From NCBI RefSeq assembly GCF_001194135.2, contig NC_068983.1, positions 32,324,736 to 32,388,735 of the forward strand: a DNA stretch of 64,000 nt, in the 5' to 3' direction. The notes beneath the pieces are model-generated. The model did no database searches and was not told where the DNA came from. It worked only from the letters and a program-made list of their open reading frames with translations. Of this stretch, positions 51,331-64,000 are shown one piece after another (positions within the stretch are counted from its first letter, which is position 1; the number at the start of each line of letters is the position of its first letter). The position numbers were made by a program, and so were the translations under genes. Source of the stretch: Octopus bimaculoides. Its lineage: Eukaryota.

Positions 51331-52229
51331 TATATAAGTGACACTTTTCAAACTAGCAACAATTTTTATCATGTATTTATACGTGCATATGTGTTTGTGT
51401 GGCTTGTATAAAGTGGTAATTTTAAACAGTGGTTCACTCTTATTGTGTTCTTTGTTTAGTTTCTCTTGTCTGTCAATTTGATATTTGTTTACTATTTGTG
51501 CACAGTTGTTAAAATTGTTGTTGTTAATCTGAATGTGAAAGAAGCACATTGGTCAACTGGAAATGTCAACAGCAAGAACAACAAACAGTCTACATATTCT
51601 TATCAGGCTGAAGCCATAAGTTTCATTTTCTTCATTATCATTAGTACTTACATATTAATATCCTGTCAGGTTGGGCTTATCCTCACTTAGATGCTTTCTT
51701 ATCACACTAGAGTCTTCATCCTGTCATCACTGGCTTCATTATTATTGTTGTTGTTATCATTGTTATCTCAGTCTTCGTTTTCATCCTCTGCCTCCTCCTC
51801 ACCATCATCGTTATTAACTGACATTATTGCGTTAAGTCCAGTAATCGTTGGCATACCATCATCGTTATAGCATCAATACCATGCTCGTCAGCTACAGCAT
51901 CATTATTGTTAATACTTACATCCCTGTACCACCCTATACCTCCCACCTCATCATCATTACCACTACATCAAGAATATCAGTAGATGCACTCATATGCCAT
52001 GTCTTGAATACCTTTGACCAGATATCTGCTCGATCATGGCTGACTTGGCGTTACACTGCAACAACAATCCACAAGAGGAGTCGAACTCATCATTGCAAGT
52101 GAACAAAGTGAAACACTCATTAATTTTACACTATTTTCACTGCTTATATTATAGAAGATAATAACCTATGAAATTTTAAAAAGTATTATAATGAATACAA
52201 TGCTTCTTTAATATTACTTCCACTCATAA

Positions 52230-52430
52230 GGTGGTGAGCAGAATCATTAGCACACCTAGCAAAATGCTTAATGGCATTTCATCCATCTTTATGTTCTGGG
52301 TTCAAATACCACTGGAGTTGACTTTGCCTTTCATCCTTTTGGGGTCAATAAAATAGTTGGCTGGGGTCAATTTAATTGACTTGGCTGTCCTCTCCCGAAA
52401 TTGCTGGCCTTGTTTCAAAATTTGAAACTA
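52230..52430 (+). mobile_element. SINE family B copy
   Basis: aaggtggtgagcagaatcattagcac...gactttgcctttcatccttttggggtc; ttccactcataagg occurs on both sides (52218-52231, 52438-52451). Confidence 0.8.
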
Positions 52431-52665
52431 ATATTGCTTCCACTCATAAGGGCCTAATACTCCTTTTTAAATCAATTTGCTGAAGGAGAAATGCCAGAAC
52501 TTAGTGAAGTAGTTGTTGTGAATAGCTGTTGTTGAGGTGCAGCTTGAACTTTTGTGTGTTGACATCTATTGGAAAGATGTGTGCAGAATGGAAATTCCAA
52601 ATGGATGCAGAATTTAGATAGCTCTTGAAGAAACAACCATTAACACCCAATTTGTAACTGCTGTC

Positions 52666-52874
52666 TTGACCCTTTGACACTAGCTCACCTGTGACACCTA
52701 GTTTTATTATACAAACTTCTTGTTTAAAATGGTCTCAGTTAAAATCTTCCTTAAAAATTTCATGTTAATTTATATTCCAGACACCTAAACATTTTACTAA
52801 ATTCTTTGTTACCTTAAAAATTAATTGAAATAAAGGCAGTGTAGTTCAACAGAAATATGTTAACAAAAGGGTTC
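52666..52874. mobile_element. piggyBac-type MITE copy
   Basis: Homologous to 42268-42496; the end cagaaatatgttaacaaaaggg is tandemly duplicated. Confidence 0.6.
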
Positions 52875-53360
52875 AGAAATATGTTAACAAAAGGGTCTTC
52901 CATGGAACTCTGAGGTTCACAGTTACTAAGATTATTATTATTTATGTTTTAATGGTCTAGTTACAGGAGGAAGAGTGGTGTTCATGGCACTTGCTCTATT
53001 CTCTGAGGTAGGAAGGAAAACATTGTTCTCAGACTAGAGATCTAGCTCAAATACCTCCAGTAGGGCAGGCTCCTTTAAAGATATCCAAGGACCAGTTTCC
53101 ATGTCATTACATAGTTGAATGACAAATCTTACTTTGGTTACTTTTCCTCACAGGTGAAGCAGAACTAGGCACTGCAAGTCAGTGAAATATTTGTTAATGT
53201 TGCTTTGCCGTAACTGCATACAATGATGAGTTATTCCTCAATCATGTCATACCTCGTTAGAACTTGATGATCCAGGCCGTTTGAATGGTAAGTTTGTTGG
53301 CCACAGACACAAGATAATACCAATGACTTGCCCTTTCTCATATTGTACTCACAACCAGCT

Positions 53361-53403
<43 letters not shown>

Positions 53404-54236
53404 CCAGGCCAGTCACCTTGTCCAGTAAATTTACCAGAGGGCAGCATTTCCCTTTCTACTTTTACATTCCTCTTCAATCTGTGAAAAAGCTGAAGGCTTA
53501 GTCAGAGAAGACAATCCATGTTCTCAGTCCCCATTGTCTTGTTCACCACCATCACTACCACCTTTACCACAGTATCCCCCCTACCTTACATATGAGCCAC
53601 TCTTGTAATTCCTTCATTTCATTTATGCTCCATCTCTCCACTTCATTTTGTACGTTTTCTTCAAGCGTGCTCTCATACATACACAAATGCGCACACACAC
53701 TTTCTATCTCATCTCTATTTTATTCCACTCTTTCAATCAGTCTATATTCATTTCCTGTCTCTCCAACATCTCTTGTTTTCTTTCCTTCCCTCTTCTTCTT
53801 CATCTATATTTCTTCTCTCTACTCAGTGTTTTCATTTTTACTCCAAGTTTTCTCCTTATCTACTCCCTCTCCACTTTGTTTCATATTTGATTTAGTCTCC
53901 TGCCATTTATTTTCTTTAAGCCACACCTACTTTTCATACTAGTTTAATTCTTAATACTTTTCCCTGCCTTTAATTTGAAATTCTCCCCAGTAACTTTCTG
54001 CCCCAGCTGTTATTTTCTTCTCTTTCTCTTCTTTCCCCCTTTCTTTTTCTTCTTTCTCTTTTCGTATGCATAAGTCATTACACTTACACACCAAATTTTT
54101 TCTTCAAATATATAAACTATATACTCAAATCAAAACATTCACATACAAATTTGCCAAAAATAAAATGTCATAAAATTTCTTTTGTATGCTGTAAAACCAG
54201 TTTTTCTTACTAGATAATCTGTTTTATATTTCTGAC

Positions 54237-54273
<37 letters not shown>

Positions 54274-54959
54274 TATGGATAAAACAAAAGAAATGAAGAT
54301 TATAAGGCAAGAAGGAGATAAGGAAGTAAACAATATATTAAAAAGTGAAATACAGGGTGGAAGAAGCATAGAAAAATAAATGAAACAATATCAATGAGTG
54401 TGTACCCTGAAAATAAATATGTGAAATGAAAAGGGATTGGAAAAGCTCTAGCATTTTGATTATGCCTTTTGTGAAAGAAATGTAAAGTAGTAAGAGGAGA
54501 AAAAGAAATAGGAATTATATCAAATTTATATGATTACATTGCTGGTTTGATGTAAAAAGGAATTGGGACAGTAGAACTGGAAGTGGAGACACAATTTGGG
54601 TTAGAGTGAGAGTAAGTGAGGAGAAAAGCGAGTAGAGTGCAAAAAAAAAAAAAAATACAGGTTATGCTAAGAAAGGAAAGAGAGAGAGAGAGTGAGAGCA
54701 TGTGAGAGAGCATATGATTGTTGTTTTTGTGTAGTATAATGTAATATGGTTATCTCTATAGGTATTAAAAGTATTTAATATGTATTAGACATATATAGCT
54801 TATGCATTGCAGTTGCTTGATCAACTAACTGGCCCCCCTCGCCAGAAAATTTCATGTCTTGTGTCTAGAGCAGAAAAAGATTATCTTGTAGCTTTGAGAT
54901 TTTGATGAGGTGACTGTTAATTTAGAATGATATTTTAGAGTTGGTGTGAGAAGCCAGAT

Positions 54960-56148
54960 CTTACCAGTCTGAACATAAAACAGGTTGAATATTTTGACTG
55001 GATATGGCTGGCTTAAATGTGTATGAACTGCCATACTACATGTCAGTGAAACATGGGCCATGACTGCTGAGGACATGCGTAAGCTTGCAAGAAATGAAGC
55101 CAGTATGCTCCGATGGATGTGTAATGTCAGTGTGCATACTCAACAGAGTGTAAGTACCTTGAGAGAAAAGTTGGACCTAAGAAGCATCAGACGTGGTGTG
55201 CAAGAGAGACGATTGCGCTGGTATGGACATGTGGCAAGAATGGATGAGGATAGCTGTGTGAAAAAGTGCCACACCCTAGCGGTTGAGGGAACCTGTGGAA
55301 GAGATAGACTCAGGAAGACCTGGGATGAGGTGGTGAAGCACGACCTTCGAACTTTAGGCCACACTGAGGCAATGACTAGTGACCGGAACCTTTGGAAATA
55401 TGCAGTACGCGAGAAGACCCGGCAAACCAAGTGAGAGCCTAATCTGTGGCCTCTGCTAGAAGTGTAGCCAGCTCACTTATTTGTATCTTCACTTCATTAG
55501 ACACTAAACTCTGCTTGCGAAGACCTGTTGAGGCAAGTGAATTTGAAATCGAAATTGAACCAAATTCGACGACTGGCACCCATGCCAACCTCTCCTTCAT
55601 TGGACATTAAACTCTGCTTGCAAAGACTTGTTGGGGCAAGTGAAATCGAAATCGTAATTGAACCATATTCGATGACTGGCACCTGTGCCAATGGAGCACT
55701 AACAGCACCATCCGAGCGTGATCATTGCCAGAGCAACTGTCTGGCTTCCGTGCAGGTGGCCCGTAAATAGCACGATTTGAGCGTGATCGTTACCAGTGTC
55801 ACCTTACTGGCACTTGTGCCGGTGGCACGTTAGACAATCATTCGAGCGACGTCGTTGCCAGTGCCACTGGACTGGCTCCTCTGCAGGTGGCATGTAAAAA
55901 ATACCATTTTGAGTGTGGCTGTTGCCAGTACCGCGTGATTAGCCCTCGTGCCAGTGGCACATAAAAGCACCCACTACACTCTCAGAGTGGTTGGCGTTAG
56001 GAAGGACATCCAGCTTTAGAAACTCTGCTAGATCAGATTGGAGCCTGGTACAGCCTTCTGGCTTGCCAGTCCTCAGTCAAATCGTCCAACCCATTCTAGC
56101 ATGGAAACTGGACGTTAAACGATGATGAAGATGATGATGATGATGATA
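54960..56148 (+). mobile_element. RTE LINE 3' end: ORF2 C-terminus plus long repetitive 3' UTR
   Basis: MTAEDMRKLARNEASMLRWMCNV..RRLRWYGHVARM..RKTWDEVVKHDLR..AVREKTRQTK* (55060-55434); UTR with a 103-bp duplication and gtgcc..ggcac units; (GAT)n end. Confidence 0.92.
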
Positions 56149-59119
56149 TATATGTGTCTGTTTAGCATATGTTTTGACTGGTTTGATTCCCATTGTCACC
56201 AAATGTTTTGATTCTGGGAGATATACACAACTCCTCCACTATACTGGATTTAAGCTAGTCTGAACTATGCACATCCAGAAACAAAACATCTGTTGACAGT
56301 CAGAGAATGAATCCATCAAAAAGTAGTGTAAATGTAAGCATTCTAAAATGAGGTTAATGGTTCTTTTTATTGTGTTTCATTTGTGTTACTTTATTGTTGT
56401 CTTGTCAGTTGATGTGCATTTCTCATATCTATCTTATTAGTCTGGGCTGCAATTTGGTAGAATCATTAGGGTATTGTCATGATGCCTAAGGTATTTAGTT
56501 AGAGCGCATTACATACTAAGTTCAAACCACACCTAGGTCAACTTTGCCTTCCATCTTTCTGGGGCTAGTAAAATAGTACAGTCAGTTGATTTAACAATCT
56601 TATAGGACATCCTGGATATGAATGGAACTATGAAAGAAAAGAATGTCCCCAAAGAACAAATAAAAGATAGGAATGCAAATGTAAATGCCTCTAAGTCCTT
56701 GTATAGGAAGTAAGTCTACCACAGGTAACATTCTGAGATGGTGTAGTACCTATGCCTGACAGCTAGGCATACTGACGTAATATAGAATAAAGTGTTCTGC
56801 TTAGAAACACAATAAAATATTTGTAGTCAATTTGAACTCATAGTCTATGATTAGGCAGTCAAATCCTTGTCTGCTTAGCCACATCTATCTCTATTCCTTC
56901 TATCAACCCACTGCCCTATTATTTGTGGTTGATGTTTAGTGTTGGTTAAACCTAATTAAGCAGATCTATCATCAGTGGCCTTCAAACTGTAACTCTTTTA
57001 AAGACAATTGTTTATGATTTGTCCCTAGCAAGATATTAAACTTCATTCACTGATGAGGCTCTAGCATCATACACCTTAGTCATCACTACTTCTGTGACTG
57101 CTCTGGTTCAGGGTGACAATACTTGTTCAGGGTCCCAGTTAGAGGTCAAATAACAGAAGATGGTTCTGTGGCTAAGGCACACAAGATTCAGAGGAGGGCT
57201 GGCCGTTAGGCATGTGGCATACAGGTCTATAATTATGTAGGCATCCTGATATCACTTAAACCAATCACTTTGCCTCAGGGTTAAATTGGCCTGTGCCCTC
57301 AAGAGTAATCTTGGGAGAGCAAGAGACTAACAGAAAGTAATAAAAAAAACCCATTACTGCCTCTCTGACAAGAATTATTAACCTGCAAACTTTGGCATAG
57401 TGGTCTAAGCCTGCTGATACTTGTAGATGGGAGAAGCTATGATTGAGAGAGATGTAGCTGCTATTTCCTGCTAGTTGAGTAGCCTGTTTGAGATACTCTT
57501 ATTTATGAGCTACTTAATTCTTTTCCACATTCTAAAATTAAGTTCCATAAGGTCATTAGGTTGGAAACCCAACCAAGGTCTCTTTGTGCCTTGATGACCA
57601 TTTCTGAATAATCTGAGCTTTTGAAACTCTGTTCAATTATTAATTAACAAGTAAATCATTAAGTAAACATTCTACTAACTTGTATGTTTATTAGAGAAGA
57701 AATACTGACACATGTACTCTACAACTGACAAGAAGGGATCATTCCATCTTGTGAGTTGGAGATGGAGCGAAAGCTTGTTTTATCTATTTACTGGCACTCC
57801 TTTAATGGTACTCTTTAAAGGTTAGCACTATTGTGAGAGGGTGCTTAGATGCCCCTCTGGAAGATACTTAGATACTTAGCTAAGTATCCACCAGAATTGG
57901 CCCTGGCCATGACTAACTTAATTGAACCACTTGGGATATGTATAGCTTTCAGCCTCTTTTGTTACTCAAAATTTGGCTCTGATATCTCATGGAAAATTTT
58001 GTTATTTTTAACTTGTTAGTTTCTGGGTGTGGGTGCCTTTCTTTCATTTCTTTTGTTTTTAGTTATTGTATATTTGTTACTCACCTCTTTGGGATTTTGG
58101 GATAACTGTTGTGATGTGTGTGTTATTGAGGATAGAAGTGATGGGACATGAGGGCGAGTATAGAAAAGGGCAGGTATTTATAATGAAAAAAAAAAAAAAG
58201 GATATATAAGTAAATGAACAAAGCAGAGCGGCTAGACTTTCAGGTTTCTTTCCATTTTGTTTTTAACTACTTGTTCTTAGCTAGGACGTTTTCTTTCTTG
58301 CTCTCCCCCATCAGCCCCTCTCTTGTGAGAGGGTGAGGGTTTATGAATAATGTTTTCCTGCCACCTGCTACCTCTTTAAGTGTTTATATATATATATAGT
58401 GGTATTGATAGTGTGTCTGTGTATTTATATACTGTCATGTGATTGTATGCCTGTGAGACTATTCATATGTGTCTGCCTGTGTTTATGCCTGTTTATGTAT
58501 GTGCATGTAAGTGTTACTGTGTACATGCATGTGTGAGTTATGTTACTCAGACAAAATAATTCTTATTAAATTACTATGTACGTCTTGTTTATATGTAGAT
58601 ATATCTGTCACTGTCTATCTTTGCTTGCATATATTCATGCATGTTACTTTTCTTTACTTACTTGAATTCTTCCTCTGGGCAAGAAGCAGCTTTCTTACAA
58701 ACACACTAAGTTCCACCCCTGGAATTTAGATAGGAAAAAGGATGAGTGTTTCACGTTGAACTTTGCAAAAGTCTTGTATATTTTTTTTCCTGCTTCACTT
58801 AGAGATTGTATTTGTAAAGTACATGGTCATTTCTTTACTTGAAAACCCTAGCCCTTCAACATTGCCACTTAGACATTTTACTAACATAGCTGAGTGCACT
58901 TGTTGTCATAAGTATAAATGTGAATATGTAATTTAGATATAGAAATTGAAGGTTTTAAAGCATATATGTACTACCTTTCTTACTGATTTTAGTTGGAATT
59001 TCATAGCTATCTCCTTCATCTGAATTGCAAAACCATAACCTTTGAAATATGATTTGAAGTATGTTTACCAAAAGACCAAGGGTGGATTTGATAGATAGAA
59101 ACTGAAAGAAACCTGTTGC

Positions 59120-59157
<38 letters not shown>

Positions 59158-59380
59158 NNNNNNNNNNNNNNNNNNNNNNNNNNNNNNNNNNNNNNNNNNN
59201 NNNNNNNNNNNNNNNNNNNNNNNNNNNNNNNNNNNNNNNNNNNNNNNNNNNNNNNNNNNNNNNNNNNNNNNNNNNNNNNNNNNNNNNNNNNNNNNNNNNN
59301 NNNNNNNNNNNNNNNNNNNNNNNNNNNNNNNNNNNNNNNNNNNNNNNNNNNNNNNNNNNNNNNNNNNNNNNNNNNNNNNN

Positions 59381-59445
<65 letters not shown>

Positions 59446-59489
59446 GATTGTAGAAATTGTAATTTGATAATTCCTCTGATATACATTCA

Positions 59490-59790
59490 AGCTATATACT
59501 GGGGTACTGACTGTATGGTGAGAAACAGCCACAAGTGCAGCATTAAATTTATAGTTCAGGTAGGAGTTCACCAAGGCTTAGTACTCAGTCCTCTTGGATA
59601 GTTCTTCTGGCCATAATGGTGAATTTAAAACTCTCTGCCCTTGGGAACTACTATAAACTGATGACCTTGTTCTTATAGTGGAATCTGTAGTAGAATTGGG
59701 AAAGAAATTGTAGGTTTGGAAGCAATATCTGGAATCAGAGGGCCTTAATGTCAACTTAGCATAAATCAAAGGCTTAATACACAAAAAACA
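59490..59790 (+). mobile_element. Decayed RTE RT fragment
   Basis: VQVGVHQGLVLSPL followed by a frameshifted WELL..DDL (gggaactactataaactgatgacctt). Confidence 0.8.
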
Positions 59791-60581
59791 GATAGAACTC
59801 TGCTTACCTGCCTTCTTATTCTACAAGGCTTTGAAGGCCTAAAGTGAGCTGACAAGTAACTGGGAGACATGCTAGCAACAACACTGCTCAAACATTGTGA
59901 TTTTTAAAACAGTTGGAGTATATATGAACAAATGCACACATATATGATTGGCCTCTATTTCAGTCTCTGTCAACCAGATCCACTCATAAGGCTTTGATTA
60001 GCTGTAGGTGCTACGCAGTGGGACTGAACCTGAAATTATGTGGTTAGGAAGCAAACTTCACAACCACAGGGTAATACCTACTCCTAATATCTAATATATG
60101 TGTGTATGTGTGTGTGTGTGTGTGCATATATATATATATATATATANNNNNNNNNNNNNNNNNNNNNNNNNNNNNNNNNNNNNNNNNNNNNNNNNNNNNN
60201 NNNNNNNNNNNNNNNNNNNNNNNNNNNNNNNNNNNNNNNNNNNNNNNNNNNNNNNNNNNNNNNNNNNNNNNNNNNNNNNNNNNNNNNNNNNNNNNNNNNN
60301 NNNNNNNNNNNNNNNNNNNNNNNNNNNNNNNNNNNNNNNNNNNNNNNNNNNNNNNNNNNNNNNNNNNNNNNNNNNNNNNNNNNNNNNNNNNNNNNNNNNN
60401 NNNNNNNNNNNNNNNNNNNNNNNNNNNNNNNNNNNNNNNNNNNNNNNNNNNNNNNNNNNNNNNNNNNNNNNNNNNNNNNNNNNNNNNNNNNNNNNNNNNN
60501 NNNNNNNNNNNNNNNNNNNNNNNNNNNNNNNNNNNNNNNNNNNNNNNNNNNNNNNNNNNNNNNNNNNNNNNNNNNNNNNNN

Positions 60582-60656
<75 letters not shown>

Positions 60657-60932
60657 AAAGATAGAATTAAAATTTGTTTCAAGAAAAAGCAGGTTGTTGT
60701 TGAGAGAGAAATACAGAGGGAGAGAGAGATTGTGTGTGTGAAAGATAGATAGGTAGTGTTGTCACTATAGTAACTAACAAGACTTTCACTATATAACACT
60801 CTACTATTAAAAGAAGGTACATGTATGATTAACATATATTTTTGCTGGCCGTGTAGTGATGAGTAAAGACCTAGTACACTATTAAAATGTTCAGCATTGT
60901 AACCACTATGCTTAACCCACAAGATAACCAAA

Positions 60933-61160
60933 AGGTGGCGAGCTGGCAAAAACGTTAGCACGTCGGGTGAAATGCTTAGCAGTATTTCGTCTGCTGCTAC
61001 GTTCTGAGTTCAAATTCCGCTGAGGTTAACTTTGCCTTTCATCCTTTTGGGGTCGATAAATTAAGTACCATTTACGCACCGGGGTTGATGCAATCGACTT
61101 AATCCCTTTGCCTGTCCTTGTTTGTCCCCTCTTTGTTCAGCCCCTTGTGAGCAATAAAGA
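60933..61160 (+). mobile_element. SINE family B, well-preserved copy
   Basis: aaggtggcgagctggcaaaaacgttagcacgtcggg...gggtcgataaattaagtacc...gtccttgtttgtcccctct. Confidence 0.9.
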
Positions 61161-61295
61161 AATAAGATAACCAAAAACACTTTTAAAACTTTATAGCTTG
61201 GCAAAGCCAGTAACTGCCAAAACACTGAAGACACTGTCAGCTTCTTCCTTGTAATATACACTCACATAATAAATCTCTTTTTCAGTTTAAGATTT

Positions 61296-61336
<41 letters not shown>

Positions 61337-61756
61337 CACAGCACACAGAGGCATTGGTTGATGACAGTCAAGGGGTTTGTTTTTCCCATGTGTCCGGCAC
61401 AAGCACAATGTATATTCATAAATGTGGGGTTACTATCCCATCTCTCCATTATACTGTCAATGGTGCTAATTGTATTGGCAGAGTGGTGTGGTAGTGGTTT
61501 CAACAATGGACTTATGTGTTTTTTGGGACAATAACTTTTTTAACTGGTCATGTTTGGCGGTATTATTGTGATCTCATATCTCTTCCTGGTCTGAAAGAGG
61601 CTTGGTACAGGGAAAATGGAGCAAAGAGACTTTATTGTTGTCAGGATAGTTTGAGTAATGGTGGGTTATTCTTCTTAATGGGAAAGAAGGAGGCAGCAGT
61701 CATGGGATCAGTTGTGCATGATTTTAGTGAAGGGATAATAACAAGGATGATTATTG

Positions 61757-61966
61757 TTTCTAATATAGGCACAAGGTCTGAAATTTAGGGGGAGTTGGTG
61801 AGTCGACTATATCAACACCAGAGCTTAACTGGTGCTTATTTTATTGACCTGAAAAGGATGTAAGTCAGAATTGGGCTCGGCAGAATTTGAACTTACAATG
61901 TAAAGCTTGATGGAATTCCACAAAGTATTTTGCCCGGCATTCTAATGATTCTGCCAGCTCATCACC
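61757..61966 (-). mobile_element. SINE family B copy
   Basis: actggtgcttattttattgacc...ctgccagctcatcacctt. Confidence 0.75.
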
Positions 61967-62193
61967 TTAACCCTTTTGTTTCCGTGTTTATATTGAGGTG
62001 CTCTGTGTTTCTTTCAATTAATTTTAAATATCACAAAGAATTTAGTAAAATAACTTGGTTATCATGAAACTGGTGTTAGGAACATAAATTGCAACTAAGA
62101 TTTGTTGGAAGATTTTAATTCAAAACTTATGCAAACAAGACATTTGTACAGAGCCAGAGGCAGTTTCAGCCAGGTTGGTATCGAATGTGTTAA
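61967..62193. mobile_element. piggyBac-type MITE copy (inverted relative to 42268)
   Basis: TTAA-cccttttg ... gtg-TTAA; internal ctttcaattaattttaaa...gaatttagtaaaataac complements the 42268 copy. Confidence 0.65.
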
Positions 62194-62198
62194 TGAAG

Positions 62199-62231
<33 letters not shown>

Positions 62232-62232
<1 letters not shown>

Positions 62233-62455
62233 TAATAATCCTTTTCTCTTCTGCTATAGGCACAAGGCCTGAAATTTTGGAGAAGGGTCATTTGATCACA
62301 TTGACCCCAGTACATAACATACTTATTTCATTGACTGCAAAAAGATGGAAAGCAAAGTTGGCTTTGGCAGAATTTGAACTCAGAAAGTAAAGACAAAGGA
62401 AATATTGCTAAGCATCTTGTCTGGCGTGTTAACTATTCTGGCAGCTCACCTCCTT
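62232..62455 (-). mobile_element. SINE family B copy ~105 bp upstream of the 118-nt exon
   Basis: gcagaatttgaactcagaa...ctggcagctcacc; (AAT)n tail at 62200-62235. Confidence 0.75.
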
Positions 62456-62561
62456 AATAATAATTTTGTATTATTAATTGTTGTTATCCATTGATTAGGT
62501 GTTTTTCATCAGAATTATTTTGCTTTGGTTTTACATATCTATTTTGATTTCTCTGTTGTAG

Positions 62562-62679
62562 AATTTTATTCGAAATCATCCCGAGTGCACCTTAGTGGAC
62601 CCATTAGAGAATGTATGTCGATTACTTAATCGTTATGAACAATACTTGCAAGTACAGAAGTTGGAACTCTCTAGTAATG
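62562..62679 (+). CDS. ITPK1: ITPK1 coding exon, 118 nt
   Basis: Acceptor tttctctgttgtAG, donor GTgagt. Translates to NFIRNHPECTLVDPLENVCRLLNRYEQYLQVQKLELSSN plus 1 nt, matching human EYIDAHPETIVLDPLPAIRTLLDRSKSY. Phase 0 join to the previous exon. Confidence 0.95.
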
Positions 62680-63235
62680 GTGAGTATAAAAATTTCCATA
62701 ATTGTTCTCAAGATAGATGAGTGATCAATTAGTTTTGTTTTTTTAATCACAAGTTAGTCTGGATTGTTTAAACCAGGGGTTGGTTCTCAACCATTTTCTA
62801 TCTGTTGATCCCCTTGGAGTACTATTTTATTCTGGTGGACCCCCATAGCCAATCTATATTTAAAAACTAGTCATATAGGAACTTCTTTCAAAATTCCTAT
62901 GTGAAAGAAACTTAGCTGTTTCTTGCAATACATACATCTAAAGCAAAAGTTTTTTAAAGGCTCTTAAAATACTATTGTGGATCCTCAATTTACTCTTTTG
63001 TTGTGTAAACCCCTCACAATCTTATAATGGACCCTCAAGGGCCATATCCACTGGCCAAGGACATTCCAGCTGTAACCAGCATTTTTTTTTCTGCTGTGTG
63101 TTGTTCTTCCTTTTCTTAAAACAGTGGCATGTGATACAAATGTGATACTTCAGTGGTTGCATCAGCGGAGAAAGTAGCAACAGTGTTTCTTCAAATTTTT
63201 TATAGTCTCAGGGTACAAAGTGATCCTCTTTTATA

Positions 63236-63420
63236 CTTCTTTATCTTTTACTTGTTTCAGTCATTAGACTGCAACCATGCTGGGGCACTGCCTTGAATAT
63301 TTAGCCAAATGAATCGAACCTGGTACTTATTTTATTGGACCCTTTTGCCGAACTGCTAGATAGACATAAAAGCACCAGCATCTGTTCTCAAATGGTGGTG
63401 GACAGACAAAAAAAAAGACA
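63236..63420 (-). mobile_element. SINE family A 3' part
   Basis: ttttacttgtttcagtcattagactgcaaccatgctggggcactgcctt is the reverse complement of the family tail. Confidence 0.8.
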
Positions 63421-64000
63421 CGTGCACNNNNNNNNNNNNNNNNNNNNNNNNNNNNNNNNNNNNNNNNNNNNNNNNNNNNNNNNNNNNNNNNNNNNNNNNN
63501 NNNNNNNNNNNNNNNNNNNNNNNNNNNNNNNNNNNNNNNNNNNNNNNNNNNNNNNNNNNNNNNNNNNNNNNNNNNNNNNNNNNNNNNNNNNNNNNNNNNN
63601 NNNNNNNNNNNNNNNNNNNNNNNNNNNNNNNNNNNNNNNNNNNNNNNNNNNNNNNNNNNNNNNNNNNNNNNNNNNNNNNNNNNNNNNNNNNNNNNNNNNN
63701 NNNNNNNNNNNNNNNNNNNNNNNNNNNNNNNNNNNNNNNNNNNNNNNNNNNNNNNNNNNNNNNNNNNNNNNNNNNNNNNNNNNNNNNNNNNNNNNNNNNN
63801 NNNNNNNNNNNNNNNNNNNNNNNNNNNNNNNNNNNNNNNNNNNNNNNNNNNNNNNNNNNNNNNNNNNNNNNNNNNNNNCCCCCCCCCTATCACCACCACC
63901 ACTGAATTCTTGAAAAAATATGAACGTAATGGGGTAAGAATTTGCCTAGTTTTGTACCTTGGGAAAGTCATTATACTAATAATAAACCGCACACTGGTTC

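Noticed and set aside
57871-57888. Perfect 18-bp palindrome gatacttagctaagtatc
   Set aside because: It is isolated and adjoins a 9-bp local duplication, consistent with a replication-slippage product; no further structure.
61340-61720. ORFs 61294-61494 and 61516-61788 as a gene
   Set aside because: No splice-supported continuity. There is a faint resemblance to decayed L1/Tx1 ORF2 3' sequence, too weak to list as a feature.
31332-62561. Two consecutive introns of almost equal length (15513 and 15591 bp)
   Set aside because: Both contain N-gaps of estimated size and different TE content, so there is no segmental duplication. Coincidence.

Overview
Eukaryotic, AT-rich, microsatellite-dense draft-assembly sequence with many N-gaps bounded by (TA)n/(CA)n. 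The repeat families look like those of a coleoid cephalopod, most likely Octopus (inference, not verified). The only host gene I can support is invisible in the ORF track: three small + strand coding exons (31307-31331, 46845-46970, 62562-62679) of inositol-tetrakisphosphate 1-kinase (ITPK1), separated by ~15.5-kb introns. Its first coding exon was not found and the rest lies beyond the window. Everything else is intronic/upstream DNA filled with mobile-element remnants: a Helitron Rep fossil, CR1-like, RTE and L1/Tx1 LINE pieces, two Penelope-like GIY-YIG elements, a Buster/Charlie hAT transposase fossil, mariner pieces, hAT- and piggyBac-type MITEs, and three tRNA-SINE families. The most notable structure is a 550-bp non-coding insertion (35735-36284) with a 10-bp TSD, an inverted 5' segment, a 349-nt tandem period and a minimal type I hammerhead ribozyme (36020-36062), sense to the ITPK1 pre-mRNA. 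This is a retrozyme / non-autonomous Penelope-like unit. A second, unrelated hammerhead-like motif sits in an inverted repeat at 21946-22146. All homology calls come from motif recognition by eye; no searches were run. Repeat boundaries are approximate unless TSDs are given.
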